From contig CM097885.1 in the NCBI GenBank assembly GCA_044892525.1, forward strand, positions 5,086,001 through 5,150,000: a stretch of DNA of 64,000 nt. The letters are read 5' to 3'. A program made the translations under genes and the position numbers. Below, in pieces: positions 12,565 through 23,183 of this stretch. The stretch is from Schmidtea polychroa (taxonomy: Eukaryota). Positions within the stretch are counted from its first letter, which is position 1. Each line of letters opens with the position of its first letter. Under the pieces are notes generated by a model. It saw nothing but the letters and a program-made list of their open reading frames with translations. It had not been told where the DNA came from and searched no databases.

Positions 12565-13499
12565 GCCTCTGTTTGACGTGTAAGTATACATGCGTGCATT
12601 GATGCAGTAAAACAAATTCGAATTATTTTAATTCTCGAACATTCGATTTTTAATTTTTATCGATTTTAATGGCGATTTTTCAGTAAGAATTTTTGTTTTT
12701 ATTTTTGAAATTTTATTTTCGAATTATTTTTTATTAAATTTGCCTCCATGATGGATTTCAGCATTTCCAGAACATTCCATGCTAAATTTAATCTATTTCT
12801 TATTTTTAAATTGTTTTTTATGATTTCTTTTCTAAAATATTTATTTTTTAAACTAAAATATTTATTTTTTATAAATTTTATTGGGTCGTTTGGCCGTCAT
12901 GATGGATTTCGCCATTTTTATGAATTGTTCTGGATTTTTATTCAAAATATCGATATAATTTTCTTTACGTAAGATTTTATGAAGATTTTCTTTAATTTTC
13001 TTTTTTAATTTTTACTAATTGCCTTTATTCGAATTTGTTTTTTGTTGTTTTATGTCTTTTGGTTATATTTGAGTAAGTTTTCATGTAATACTTCTTGCTC
13101 GTGTTTTATTTTATTTTTAATTCAGATGTTTTATTTTTGGGTATATTATCTCTCTATTATCATTGTTTACTTGGTGTTTTATATATTTTTATTTAAGTAA
13201 ACTTAATGCTGGGTATGCGTGTTGTGTACTGACACATTTCGTCCCATTCCTAACTTTGGGTCTAGAAATCAGTTCTAGCCCAACAACTTCTAATTCACTG
13301 GGTGCTGTAGGTTTTCTCTCTGTAAACGTGTTTACAGGGAGAGGTCTTTTTGAATCACAAGTCCCTTGTAATTCAAAAGGTGATTGTATATGATATCTCA
13401 ATTCTGGGTAAATTTTATCTTCTTTGACCTCCTCCAATTTATATATTTTAATTTCTATCTTTATTTACCATAAAATACCATTTCAAAGAATCAATATTT

Positions 13500-14060
13500 A
13501 AATCAAGACTTTACTGTGTGGTATCAACACTCGTATATCACTTGGTCTTGATGTGAGCACATCTTTATACAACTCGGACAATGCTTTACGAACCTCGTTA
13601 GCATCAATCTTTTTATCATAAAATATTAAATCTATATAATGTACTAGTGAACTAGCAAAATTAATATTCTTACTTTTGACTTTGTATGTTTTATGTGATT
13701 CAGTATCATGTTAATACCCATGTGACAAATCATAACTAGTCATTATAACATCATCCTTTTTAAGCTTACTATTATAATCACACTTCACGAACCACGAACC
13801 ATTTCATTGTTTGATCATCATCAGTAAATAAAAAGAAATATGGATCAATAATTTGTACAATCATAAAACAAGACCACTCTTTACTATTTGTTGTCATTGA
13901 AATTGGCTCTGTTAAATATTTATATGTATTAGGTAATGATGCATGATTCTCTTGTAATTCAGCAGCTCTTTTTCTAATGATGTGTGTAGGGTTAATATGT
14001 GTTGAGTGAGACTCTAAATTTGAAAGACTTTTATTAAATGATCTAATTATCTCATTTATT
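13500..14060 (-). pseudogene. Decayed ORF of unknown function, probably Polinton-1
   Basis: Coding-like minus-strand sequence with a few stops, directly upstream of the YPxL/PTAP gene and cut off by LTR copy B. Confidence 0.35.
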
Positions 14061-15471
14061 TGTATTATACATTGCGGGGTCGTCGGAGGTCGTACTGACT
14101 CAGTGGTATAGGCCACTGGGTTCGTCGATAAATTACCTCTGGTACGGCGGAGTTCTTAGAACTCGTTATCGTTACTATAGTATGGTAGTACATTACCGAA
14201 TCACACACATATTAGGGCTTGTCGTAGTGAGCACAGTGTGGCCACGAAAGCAAGCAACTTTCTTTAAATCGACTTTTCTCACGCATAATATACATATAAC
14301 GTACACACTAAAAATCAACACTAATACATTAACCTAGGTATGATAAACTGAGTAAAGCTCCAGACTCAAATTAATCACAATTCACAATTATTGTAGACGA
14401 TTAAATATCATCAAGAACAAACTCTACCTATAAGTTTGTCGAATCTAGATTTATAAATGTCCTAAATAAATTTTCTAGTAATAGTGTAAATTAAAGATTT
14501 TTTGAAATGATTGAATTAACAGTGATAGTATTCATAAAGGTGTTCGACATGCGTATCGGCAAGACTTGAATTTTAAATTGAATAGACTCTAAACTAACTA
14601 TGAAAAATAAAAATCGTAAACCCATAAAAGTATAAATTATAATCTCAATTATATAAAAATATGAATTATACTTATAGATTTAATTTCTTCAAAATATAAA
14701 TTATAATCCTAATTTCATAAAAATATAAATTATAATTAGTTATAAAAGCATAAATTATAAATTTAATTTTTTAAAAATATAAATTACAAATTTATAATGA
14801 CTGTAAAATTACAAATAATAACTCTAACTTAATGATAAAAGTATAAATTATAATACTAATTTCATAAAAATATAAATTATAATTAGTTATAAAAGTATAA
14901 ATTATAAATTTAATTTCCTAAAATTATAAATTACAAATTTATATTGACTATAAATTATAACTCTAAGTTGATTATAAAAGTATAAATTATAATCTCAATT
15001 TCTTAAAAATATAAATCATGAACTTATATTGATTATAGAATTATAAATTATAACTCTAAGTTAATTATAAAAGTACAAATTATAATCTTAATTTCATAAA
15101 AATATAAATTATAAACTTAAAAGTATAAATTATAAAATTATATTAGTTTAAAAAATATAAACTATAAATTTAATTTTATAAAAATATAAATTATAAACTT
15201 ATATTAGCTGTAAGAGTATAAATTATAATCTTAATTTGGTCATAAAAGTATAAAATATAAACTACGTTAGCGATAAAAAATATAATCTATAACCTCATAA
15301 TAAGTTGTAAATATTTCATAAACGACCCCCCAAGTTACGTAATCGTCGAAACAATTGTTCAGATTCATAATTTAACTTATATATGTATATTTGAAATTCA
15401 TAAAAGAATAACTTACATTTTTTCATAAGTAAACCCCTCAAACTATACATTAATCGAGAACAATGCATATA

Positions 15472-17167
15472 CCAGATAGTCTCGAAAGTAAGACCATGGT
15501 CTTACTTTCGAGTGGTCTTACTTTCGAGAAAAATAAAATTGATTTCCATTAAAAAATTATATATCCATATATATATATCCATTATATATCCAAAATTTTT
15601 ATATCCATATGACAAATACAAGACGATCATATACAGTTAAGTTTAAGCTGGATATACTTGAACGCTTGATTGTGAACAAGGGAAACATCAGTAAGACGGC
15701 ACGTGAAAACAATATAAATATATAAAACAATATGATTGGTTATACCAGAAGGATACTCTTTTGAGCGTAACCAGGAAAAATGTACTAAAGAAAGTGGGAT
15801 GTGGAAGAAAAGCCGAATTTCCAGAATTGGAAAAACTTTTGGTTGAATATGTTAAATTCGAAAGGAGGGTTTTCAAACGAGCAGTTTCCGTGTACCTTTT
15901 GAGACAAAAAGCAATGGAATATATAACTGCAAACAATTTGTCGCTTGTATTAAGTCAATGTTGGGTTCATAATTTCTTTAGAAGAAACAATCTATCCTAT
16001 CGTAAAATAACAAGCATTGGACAACAAGATAATGGAAGTCATTCCGAGATAAAGGAAATAATTACAAACCATTTAGAAAAAGTGAAAATTTGCCAAATGT
16101 ATGATGAAAGTAATATTTATAATATGGATGAAACACCCATTTATATAGATACTATGCCATCAAAGACTATAACTACCAAAGGTGAAAAAAATGTCGAAGC
16201 AAAGGGAACTGGGCACTGCAAAACACGTTTTTCAGTCGTGCTACTTATTTCAGCCAATGGAAAACTTCATAGAACTCTTGTGATTCTTAAAATATTGCGT
16301 AAAGTTCCCAAATGCTTTATTTTAAAAAATCTAATGGTAATTACATCTGAATCTGGAACGATGACAACAGAAATAATGAAAACGTGGATCCAAAATTGTT
16401 TTCCATGCGATAATATTTTTGGGCAAAACAGGAAAGCTGTAATTATTTTTGATAAGTTTAGTGCACATACAAGAAATGAAGTTACAGATCTTTTCACTCG
16501 ACTAATGTGAAAACAATTGAAATTCCGGAAAAAACAACTGCATTTTTACAGCCTCTTGATGTTGTTATTAATTTCATTTTTAAAAACGAATATAGAAAAA
16601 GATGGTCGGAATGGATGGCAAATGGGGATGCAAATTTCACTAAAATGGGATACAGGCAGAAACACTGTTGGGAAATTATATTCAAATGGGTATCTGAATC
16701 GGTTGATCAAATAAAGACCGAGAGTATACAAAAGGCATTTGTTTGTTGTGGCATTTTTGGGGTTAATCAAGACTATAACGGGGATTTGTTTAATAACAAT
16801 CTTAAACAAAAATTGATAGGTGTGGAAGCAGACGATGGTTTTGTTGTGGAAGAAGAATTATCTGAAGAGAAGGAGTATGTTGATTTTGGTGAATAAAAAT
16901 GATATCATGTTTCATTAAAAACACTGTGAATTCATATTCTATGTTTTAACTTTATTTATGTTCTGTTAAAGTGTATTTTGTTTTACAATTTTATTTTTAT
17001 GTCTTAATTTCCTCACATTTTTATTGATTTAACGAGAGCATAACAAGGGTTGGGGTATCATTCTCCACTCGAAAGTAAGACCGGTCTTACTTTCGATTTC
17101 TTTATTTCGCGTTGAAATCTATAAAAATTCGAAAGTAATACCTGGTCTTACTTTCGAGACTATCCGG
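15472..17167 (+). mobile_element. pogo-family (Tc1/mariner superfamily) DNA transposon
   Basis: TIRs CCAGATAGTCTCGAAAGTAAGACC / GGTCTTACTTTCGAGACTATCCGG, TA TSD, and repeated internal CGAAAGTAAGACC sites. Confidence 0.93.
15609..16896 (+). pseudogene. pogo transposase (BrkDBD-like, CENP-B HTH, DD35D), disrupted
   Basis: MTNTRRSYTVKFKL, FPELEKLL, WVHNFFRRNNLSYR, YNMDETP, IFDKFSAH..LQPLDV; a stop/frameshift near 15725 and a frameshift near 16505. Confidence 0.92.
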
Positions 17168-18499
17168 TAGTAATTAATTAACTTTTATATTTACAGTTAT
17201 CAAATTAAATAACTCCTCACAGCACATAACCATTAATTATTATCTAAATGCAGTAATTTAGACTATTTTACATGTATATTTAACTTACATTACCTTTACA
17301 ATAGAAATTTAGAAATTTTTTCATAAATAATCCTCTCATTTCCTATAACCATTAACCGCTACCTAAAACCATTAATTTAAACTATTTTATATATATACTT
17401 AACTTAGATTACCGGTAAATTGTAGTTGAAAATTTTCATCAAAGACCCCCCCCCGCCCCCCATAAACCATATAATCATCAACACCACCTAAATATACTAA
17501 ATTAGCTTATCTTAATATATATTTAACTTATATTATATTTAAAAAATGTAAATTGTAAATTTTTATGAATGACCCCCTCAAAATCATAGTCATTAACCAT
17601 TACCTAAGTATGCTAGATTAGCTTATCTTAATATATATTCAACTTATATTATATTTAAAAATATATTTTTGTAAATTTCCTAAATGACCCCCCTCAAATT
17701 ATATATTTATCAATAATTACACTAATATAGACTACTTAAATATGTATATATATATGTGTGTATATGTGTATATTTATCTTATATTTGATTTTAAAATGAT
17801 AACTCTTAAAATTATTACATGACCCCCAAGCTGTATACCCATGGTAATTTCATAAAGATATCAAGGTACATTCGCCGTTTATCATTATTGATATTGTTAT
17901 TATTATTAAACACCTTGGATCAAAATTTTATTTTTATTATTAATTGAAAATTTAATTTTGAAGTGGAATGAAATCTGGATAATTAAACTCAACTTTAGTT
18001 TAATCTGGATTCGTCTGAATTGAAATTAAGTAATAATTATCAGTGTTAAACGGTAAGTTAACTCAACATAAACCTGACTTATGTGTGGTATTTTAATAAA
18101 TAATTATTAACTTTCACTAGAAGGTTTCCAGGAAATGATTGCGTATGTGCCTGAATTAATGGAAATGATGTGTGTGGGAGATAAGCGGGATGAATAAATA
18201 ATGATATTGGGAAGACAATCTGGTGAAGGGATCAGGCAAAATCGGACGCAAGCCTTCTATCGGTAGTCCGTGAACCCAAAGGAGTGCCCGACAATTATAG
18301 TGTGGATAACGCGCTCACTTCTAGCGAGCACTCCCCCACTTGATACAGGACCAACGTTGATCACTCAATGGGTATCAAGCGGAGAAAAATGTTATTTGCA
18401 TTCTGGGTTACACTGGAAACAGCACGAAAGGGTAAAATGTATGCTTACCTGTAACCCACCAGAAGGAAGACAGATTTGGCAGAGATACTACCTGAAGTC

Positions 18500-18790
18500 A
18501 AATGTATTTTAAATGCAACCAAACAAAAAACTATAGGAAAATGCTTGAGAGTGATAGATTTTAGAAAGAAAATGAGTAGAGAAAATGATACGGGTCAAAG
18601 TAAAACTATTAAAGGAAGAACAAGTAGAACAAACAAGGAGTGAATTCAACGTAGGAGATGTGTTATTAATATTAGAAACACGCAACAAAGGCCAGGACAG
18701 ATATGAGCGTGTATATAAAATGATCGAGACAGTGCAGTATGACAGTATGTCAAATGTTTTACAAATATTTCAACTGAAATAAATATTGAA
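18500..18790 (+). mobile_element. Possible Ty3/gypsy integrase C-terminal remnant
   Basis: EFNVGDVLLILETRNKGQDRYERVYKM resembles the F.VGD.VL...RY.GPY region. Confidence 0.35.
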
Positions 18791-18938
18791 TAAAGATAAA
18801 ATATAGAAACTAGTTTAACTTTAAACTGTTTATTAAACAACAATAATATAAACCTCAGGGGGATTCATGACCTTCTAGAATCAATTAAGATTAACGATAT
18901 AACATTTCATAAATCATTTCATTATAAAATTTTACAAT

Positions 18939-19455
18939 AGTAGGGTATTGTGTGGACCCGGGAACAAAGACATATGACGTCATCGATGACGTCACAAAGA
19001 CATATGACGTCATACCCCCGGGGGAGGGTTTTTTTTTAATTTTTTTTTTAAAATTTTTTTTAAAAATTCTTTTTTTAAAATTTATATTACGTTGCGGTAT
19101 TTTAAAATTTATTATATTTTAATTTTTAAATATATTACGTTGCAGTATTTTAAAAAACTTATTTTGACGGTTAAGTTGACAAAATTATTATTACACACAA
19201 TATAGTCTATCAGACAAGATATTCTGTCACATACAATGTATAAAAAATATTATTAGTGTCCACACACGCAACAAGTTAGTGTTCTCATCGATAGCTATTG
19301 ATATATTATTATTATTAATCTATATACTCCGAGTCTATCCGACAAAATATTCTGTCCCCTTATGGGTACTGCTCACAAGGGTACTGGTCACGCTCAACAA
19401 CTCGCAAGGGTACAATGATATTATTAAACAATGTAATAAAACACATATTTTCTAA

Positions 19456-19525
<70 letters not shown>
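18939..19525 (+). repeat. Left TIR of Polinton-2
   Basis: Reverse-complement match to 30440-30957, bounded internally by an (ATT)n tract. Confidence 0.93.
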
Positions 19526-19530
<5 letters not shown>

Positions 19531-19741
19531 ATTTCTATCATAAATCATGGTTAACAAAAAACATAGTCGAATATTATAAAATTAAGGTATTGTGTTAGCA
19601 CACACTCGTTATAATAATTAGCAATATAGTTTTTATGGTGTATCAAATCTAAACATTTCTTTTACATTTATAGTCTATCAACCAATCAAAATCATATGGT
19701 ATTAGTATAAATAAAACATTATATTTTAAATTATTTTAGAA

Positions 19742-20270
19742 ATGTCGCAACCAAATTTTATGGAAAATGTTTTAAACGGAATTGTCACCGCGAATATAGT
19801 CGACAGCCTCAATTTCCTGATCAATCGAACAGAACAAATCATTGAAGGTGAACATATCGATTATCAGCAGATGATGGAGACAGAATCCCTGGAAACCAAG
19901 AAGTATTACTTCAATAGAATATTTCAGTGTCTTTTCGATGAAGACATGAAATGGACAAGGATAATTGTAGGATTCACCTATATGAAGATAATCATTGCAA
20001 AAGGTCAACATGACTCAGAACATTATTATCAGTGGTCTTTAGAAGTAAGATTTCTTTTATAATTTATATTTTAATAATATTCATTTCTAGATAATCAAGT
20101 CCAAGTTTACCCCATGGATAGAAGCCAATGGCGGATGGGGTGTATTAAATAAACTGGCCTGCAATTTTAAAGAAACTGATGAAATCAAAAGAAAAATGAA
20201 AATCTATATAAAACTTACAACTGGAGTTGTTTTAATTTATATTTTCTGTAGATATATGAATAAAAATTAA
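19742..20270 (+). CDS. Bcl-2 family protein (160 aa; exons 19742-20044 and 20091-20270) carried by Polinton-2
   Basis: A 46-nt GTAAG..TAG intron restores an open frame with BH1-like LFDEDMKWTRIIVGF, BH2 WIEANGGW and a hydrophobic tail IYIKLTTGVVLIYIFC followed by RYMNKN. Confidence 0.8.
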
Positions 20271-20314
20271 TGTTATTGTTTTTAATAGTATATTTAAATG
20301 AAAATAATTCAATT

Positions 20315-20649
20315 TTAAAATTTATTAACACATTCGCAATCGTCATCTCCACATTTCATTATATTTTCAACGACATGATCAATACAATCATTCGTAATAT
20401 TATCTTTAGGTTCCTCTATAGGTTCATAGATTTCGTCATCAATTTCTTGAGTTTCTTCCTGATCGTCAAATCCTGAATCTTGACTCTCAACTACCCAGCC
20501 GATATTTTATGCATTTGTAACAGATAATATATCCTCAATTTTTACACCAGATATTTCTGCTAATTTTTCCAACAAAAAGTTGATTAATAATTCTAAATAA
20601 TAAATAATTCGGTATTTAATTAATCATGTTAACCTTTTTCTGCAGTCAT
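20315..20649 (-). pseudogene. Small acidic protein of Polinton-2 (intron 20633-20593, one internal stop)
   Basis: Spliced: MTAEKELLINFLLEKLAEISGVKIEDILSVTNA*NIGWVVESQDSGFDDQEETQEIDDEIYEPIEE..KCGDDDCECVNKF. Confidence 0.5.
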
Positions 20650-20782
20650 TTTCATCACTTTAAAACTATATTATAAGTTTGTTTATAGATTTTCTTTGTT
20701 AAATTTGCATGTCATTTGCATTAATGTTGCAATTAATAAAGAGAAAAAACAAATATGACTAATACATTTATTAAATATAACA

Positions 20783-21202
20783 TTAAAATAGTTGTGAAAG
20801 TCTAGCAGACATAATTTTCCAAATTGGAGAATATACATCATTATTATCAACTTTATATCTTTGGATTGCAATTGTTATATACCAATTTTCGTTTTCTTTG
20901 AAACCGATTTCATCAAAGGAATCATAAAATCTTGCATATCTGTTGTTGAACCATGCATGTTGATTACAAGATAGATTCGTATTCAACCGTTTGAAAACCT
21001 CATCAATAGATTTAATATCTATCATTGAAAGCGTGCCGGATAAGAATTGAAATTTAGTTGGAATTAGCTTGATCGGTGACGCCAATTTCATATTGATTTC
21101 TTCTTTTAAAAAATACATTTTATAGTTGTGGAACATTTGAACAGGTTGTACAAGTTCTGGAACAACTTTTGGCTTTTCAGTGCTTGAAATTTTCTTTGTC
21201 AT
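20783..21202 (-). CDS. Polinton-2 hypothetical protein (139 aa), possibly an OB-fold ssDNA-binding protein
   Basis: Intact ORF with upstream TATA and CCAAT; beta-rich aromatic C-terminus WYITIAIQRYKV..YSPIWKI. The fold is a guess. Confidence 0.6.
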   Translation of the reverse strand: MTKKISSTEKPKVVPELVQPVQMFHNYKMYFLKEEINMKLASPIKLIPTKFQFLSGTLSMIDIKSIDEVFKRLNTNLSCNQHAWFNNRYARFYDSFDEIGFKENENWYITIAIQRYKVDNNDVYSPIWKIMSARLSQLF

Positions 21203-21461
21203 CGTGAATTATGATTAAAATGAAATGGTACAGGGTTTTTATACCTATGACTATTGTTTATCAACCAATCAGATTGTTGTATGTCTTTGTTTAAATTGGA
21301 TGTCATTTGCATTAATGTTGCATTAATGTTTTTTATTATAAATATTGTTTTTTATTATTATTTCTAATATTACTTATATTATTACTATTTCTATTACTAT
21401 TATTATTATTTCTATTTCTATTATTTCGATTTACAAAAACAAAACAATTCAACATAAAAAT

Positions 21462-21844
21462 TTATTTTGATACAATCTGACTCGAGTGGTGATTTCTCAG
21501 AGTCTTCACCAAACACCATTCAACATATTGTTGATAACGGAAATTGCAACAGCTACATCCGAAAATGCAAGGAGCCTCTGCTTTCATTTCTTTCATCACC
21601 CTTCCTATCTTGATATCCCATAGAAAGGTGTTTATTATATCGAATATCCAGATTTGTGTTTGGTTGTATACCAAATCCGGAATGATAGCTGGATCTCTAT
21701 CTTGTAGAATTTCATTTAATTCTGGATAATAGAAGCATAATCTTTGCAGGATAATTGATTGATATTCATCTGTAAAAATTTGAAATTACCATAATTTGCA
21801 TGCTCTTTCATTGAGGTGATTGCGGAACTTTGTATGTTGTACAT
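21462..21844 (-). CDS. Polinton-2 hypothetical Cys-cluster protein (120 aa; putative 20-nt intron 21789-21770)
   Basis: ATG at 21844 joins in frame through GTAATTTCAAATTTTTACAG to ..QRLCFYYPELNE..PCIFGCSCCNFRY; TATA and CCAAT upstream. Confidence 0.5.
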
Positions 21845-21965
21845 TTTTGTTGAATAAATGACAACTAAACCGAAAACATTTTGTTATAAATAATCATCAG
21901 CCAATTAGATTTCGTCCAATCAGAATCATGCATTTCAATTGCATTGAATTTGCAATGATAAATAA

Positions 21966-22430
21966 TTAATTAAGTGATAATAAAAAATCTAAAAATTCAT
22001 TTCCTTCAATTATTGATTTAATTTCAGATATGATATTATCAACTATACATTTGTAATCAATATTTTTTATTTCAAGAATTACTATCTTACCGCTAGCGAA
22101 TATATTTACACACATAGGGTTATATTTTATATATCTCAAAGCTGGAAATAATTCTGGTTCGTAAAAGCATGGTATTAATTTAGCCAATTTATTTAAATTA
22201 CAAGAAAAACCTATATCGGAAGTTACGGTTATCGATTGTATTTCTAAATCATAAACATTATATTCACTAGCTTTGATTATTTCCTTACACCCCATAATTC
22301 TACATTTACCAGTTTTGAAATATATTATTGGATATATTTTACTTCTATTGATGAGTTGTTGTGGTTTCCCCATTGGAAATATCATTTTTGATACATCAGC
22401 CTTTGCCCTGTAATTTATATTTGAAAGCAT
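21966..22430 (-). CDS. TATA-binding protein (TBP)-like protein encoded by Polinton-2
   Basis: Two TBP-type repeats: NINYRA..IIYFKTGKCRIMGCK and EIQSITVTSDIGFSCNL..FYEPELFPALRY..PMCVNIFASGKIVI (compare TBP YEPELFPGLIY..LIFVSGKVV). Confidence 0.85.
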   Translation of the reverse strand: MLSNINYRAKADVSKMIFPMGKPQQLINRSKIYPIIYFKTGKCRIMGCKEIIKASEYNVYDLEIQSITVTSDIGFSCNLNKLAKLIPCFYEPELFPALRYIKYNPMCVNIFASGKIVILEIKNIDYKCIVDNIISEIKSIIEGNEFLDFLLSLN

Positions 22431-22534
22431 TTTAATGAAATAATTATAAAAAACTCAGTTATATATAGTTATTTTAAAAGGAGTTCATTTAAATTATCAA
22501 TATAAACAATAATTATATAGTTTAAATTTAAAAA

Positions 22535-23170
22535 ATGGAATTACGAAATGATGCAGTATACCAAATCGTTGGTCCAAGTGGTAGTGGAAAAACATTATTT
22601 GTTTGTAAATTACTAAAATCTAATTTGTTCAAAACAAAATTCAACAATATTTATTGGCATAGGGGCGCCGATGAAGAACATGGATTGACACAATCAAGTT
22701 TCTGTCAATTAAAAAACATGAAAATAGTAAAGGGTTTTGATAAAAACTGGTCAAGTCGTTTGAAGAAAGATGTCATCATTATCGATGATTTGTATCAAGA
22801 AGCCAATAAAGAAAAGGATTTTAATAATTTATTCACAAAAATCAGCAGACATGTTGGTGTAACAGTTATTTTCATAACACAAAATCTATTTCATCAAGGT
22901 GGGGCACATCGAACACGTAATTTAAATGTACAATATCTAGTTATTTTCAAGAATCCTAGAGATCCAACTGTCATTGATTTTCTTGGACGACAAGCATACC
23001 CTAATAACCGTAATTTTCTTATCAATGCATTTCAAGATGCTACGAAAGTACCTCATGGGTATATATTTCTCGATTTCACACAACAATGTCCTGATGATAT
23101 AAGGGTAAAAACAGATATTTTCAACCCAAAAGGTGCCATGGTTTATAAACAAAGTTCAAAACAAATTTGA
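22535..23170 (+). CDS. A32/FtsK-like DNA packaging ATPase
   Basis: Walker A GPSGSGKT, Walker B IIIDD, FTKISRH, IFITQNLF, VIFKNPRD, PHGYIFLD. Confidence 0.95.
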   Translation: MELRNDAVYQIVGPSGSGKTLFVCKLLKSNLFKTKFNNIYWHRGADEEHGLTQSSFCQLKNMKIVKGFDKNWSSRLKKDVIIIDDLYQEANKEKDFNNLFTKISRHVGVTVIFITQNLFHQGGAHRTRNLNVQYLVIFKNPRDPTVIDFLGRQAYPNNRNFLINAFQDATKVPHGYIFLDFTQQCPDDIRVKTDIFNPKGAMVYKQSSKQI

Positions 23171-23183
23171 AAACACATAAATC

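Larger units (their letters stand above)
7987..13285 (-). mobile_element. Giant (5.3 kb) solo-LTR-like element, copy A
   Basis: Plus-strand ends TGGTGGGTTA...TAGCCCAACA (TG..CA, imperfect inverted ends) with a 4-bp TSD ACTT (7983-7986 / 13286-13289). No transposase or RT. Homologous to 14065-18461 and 48615-53530. Confidence 0.85.
7488..13437 (-). pseudogene. Polinton-1 membrane protein (~215 aa) with YPxL and PTAP motifs, split by the 7987-13285 insertion
   Basis: Removing the insertion and one ACTT joins MEEVKEDKIYPEL..RKPTAPSELEV (13437-13286) in frame to MRVKEFKSEKLHLEDLLKHYKK (from 7982). One frameshift in an A-run leads into KHRWNRAD..LGFATTILTVVLPATLPVLTLGPIILGSI (hydrophobic hairpin) and a helical tail. 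Confidence 0.75.
14065..18461 (+). mobile_element. Giant LTR-like element, copy B (inverted relative to A, one end truncated, no MANF segment)
   Basis: Reverse-complement similarity to ~7987-8545 and ~9905-12235; ends ...GTAACCCACCA at 18461; interrupted by a pogo element. Confidence 0.8.

Noticed and set aside
7987..18461. One 10-kb foldback transposon with giant TIRs
   Set aside because: Copy A has its own TSD at 13286, and the outer flanks (ACTT vs GAAG) do not match, so these are two independent insertions.
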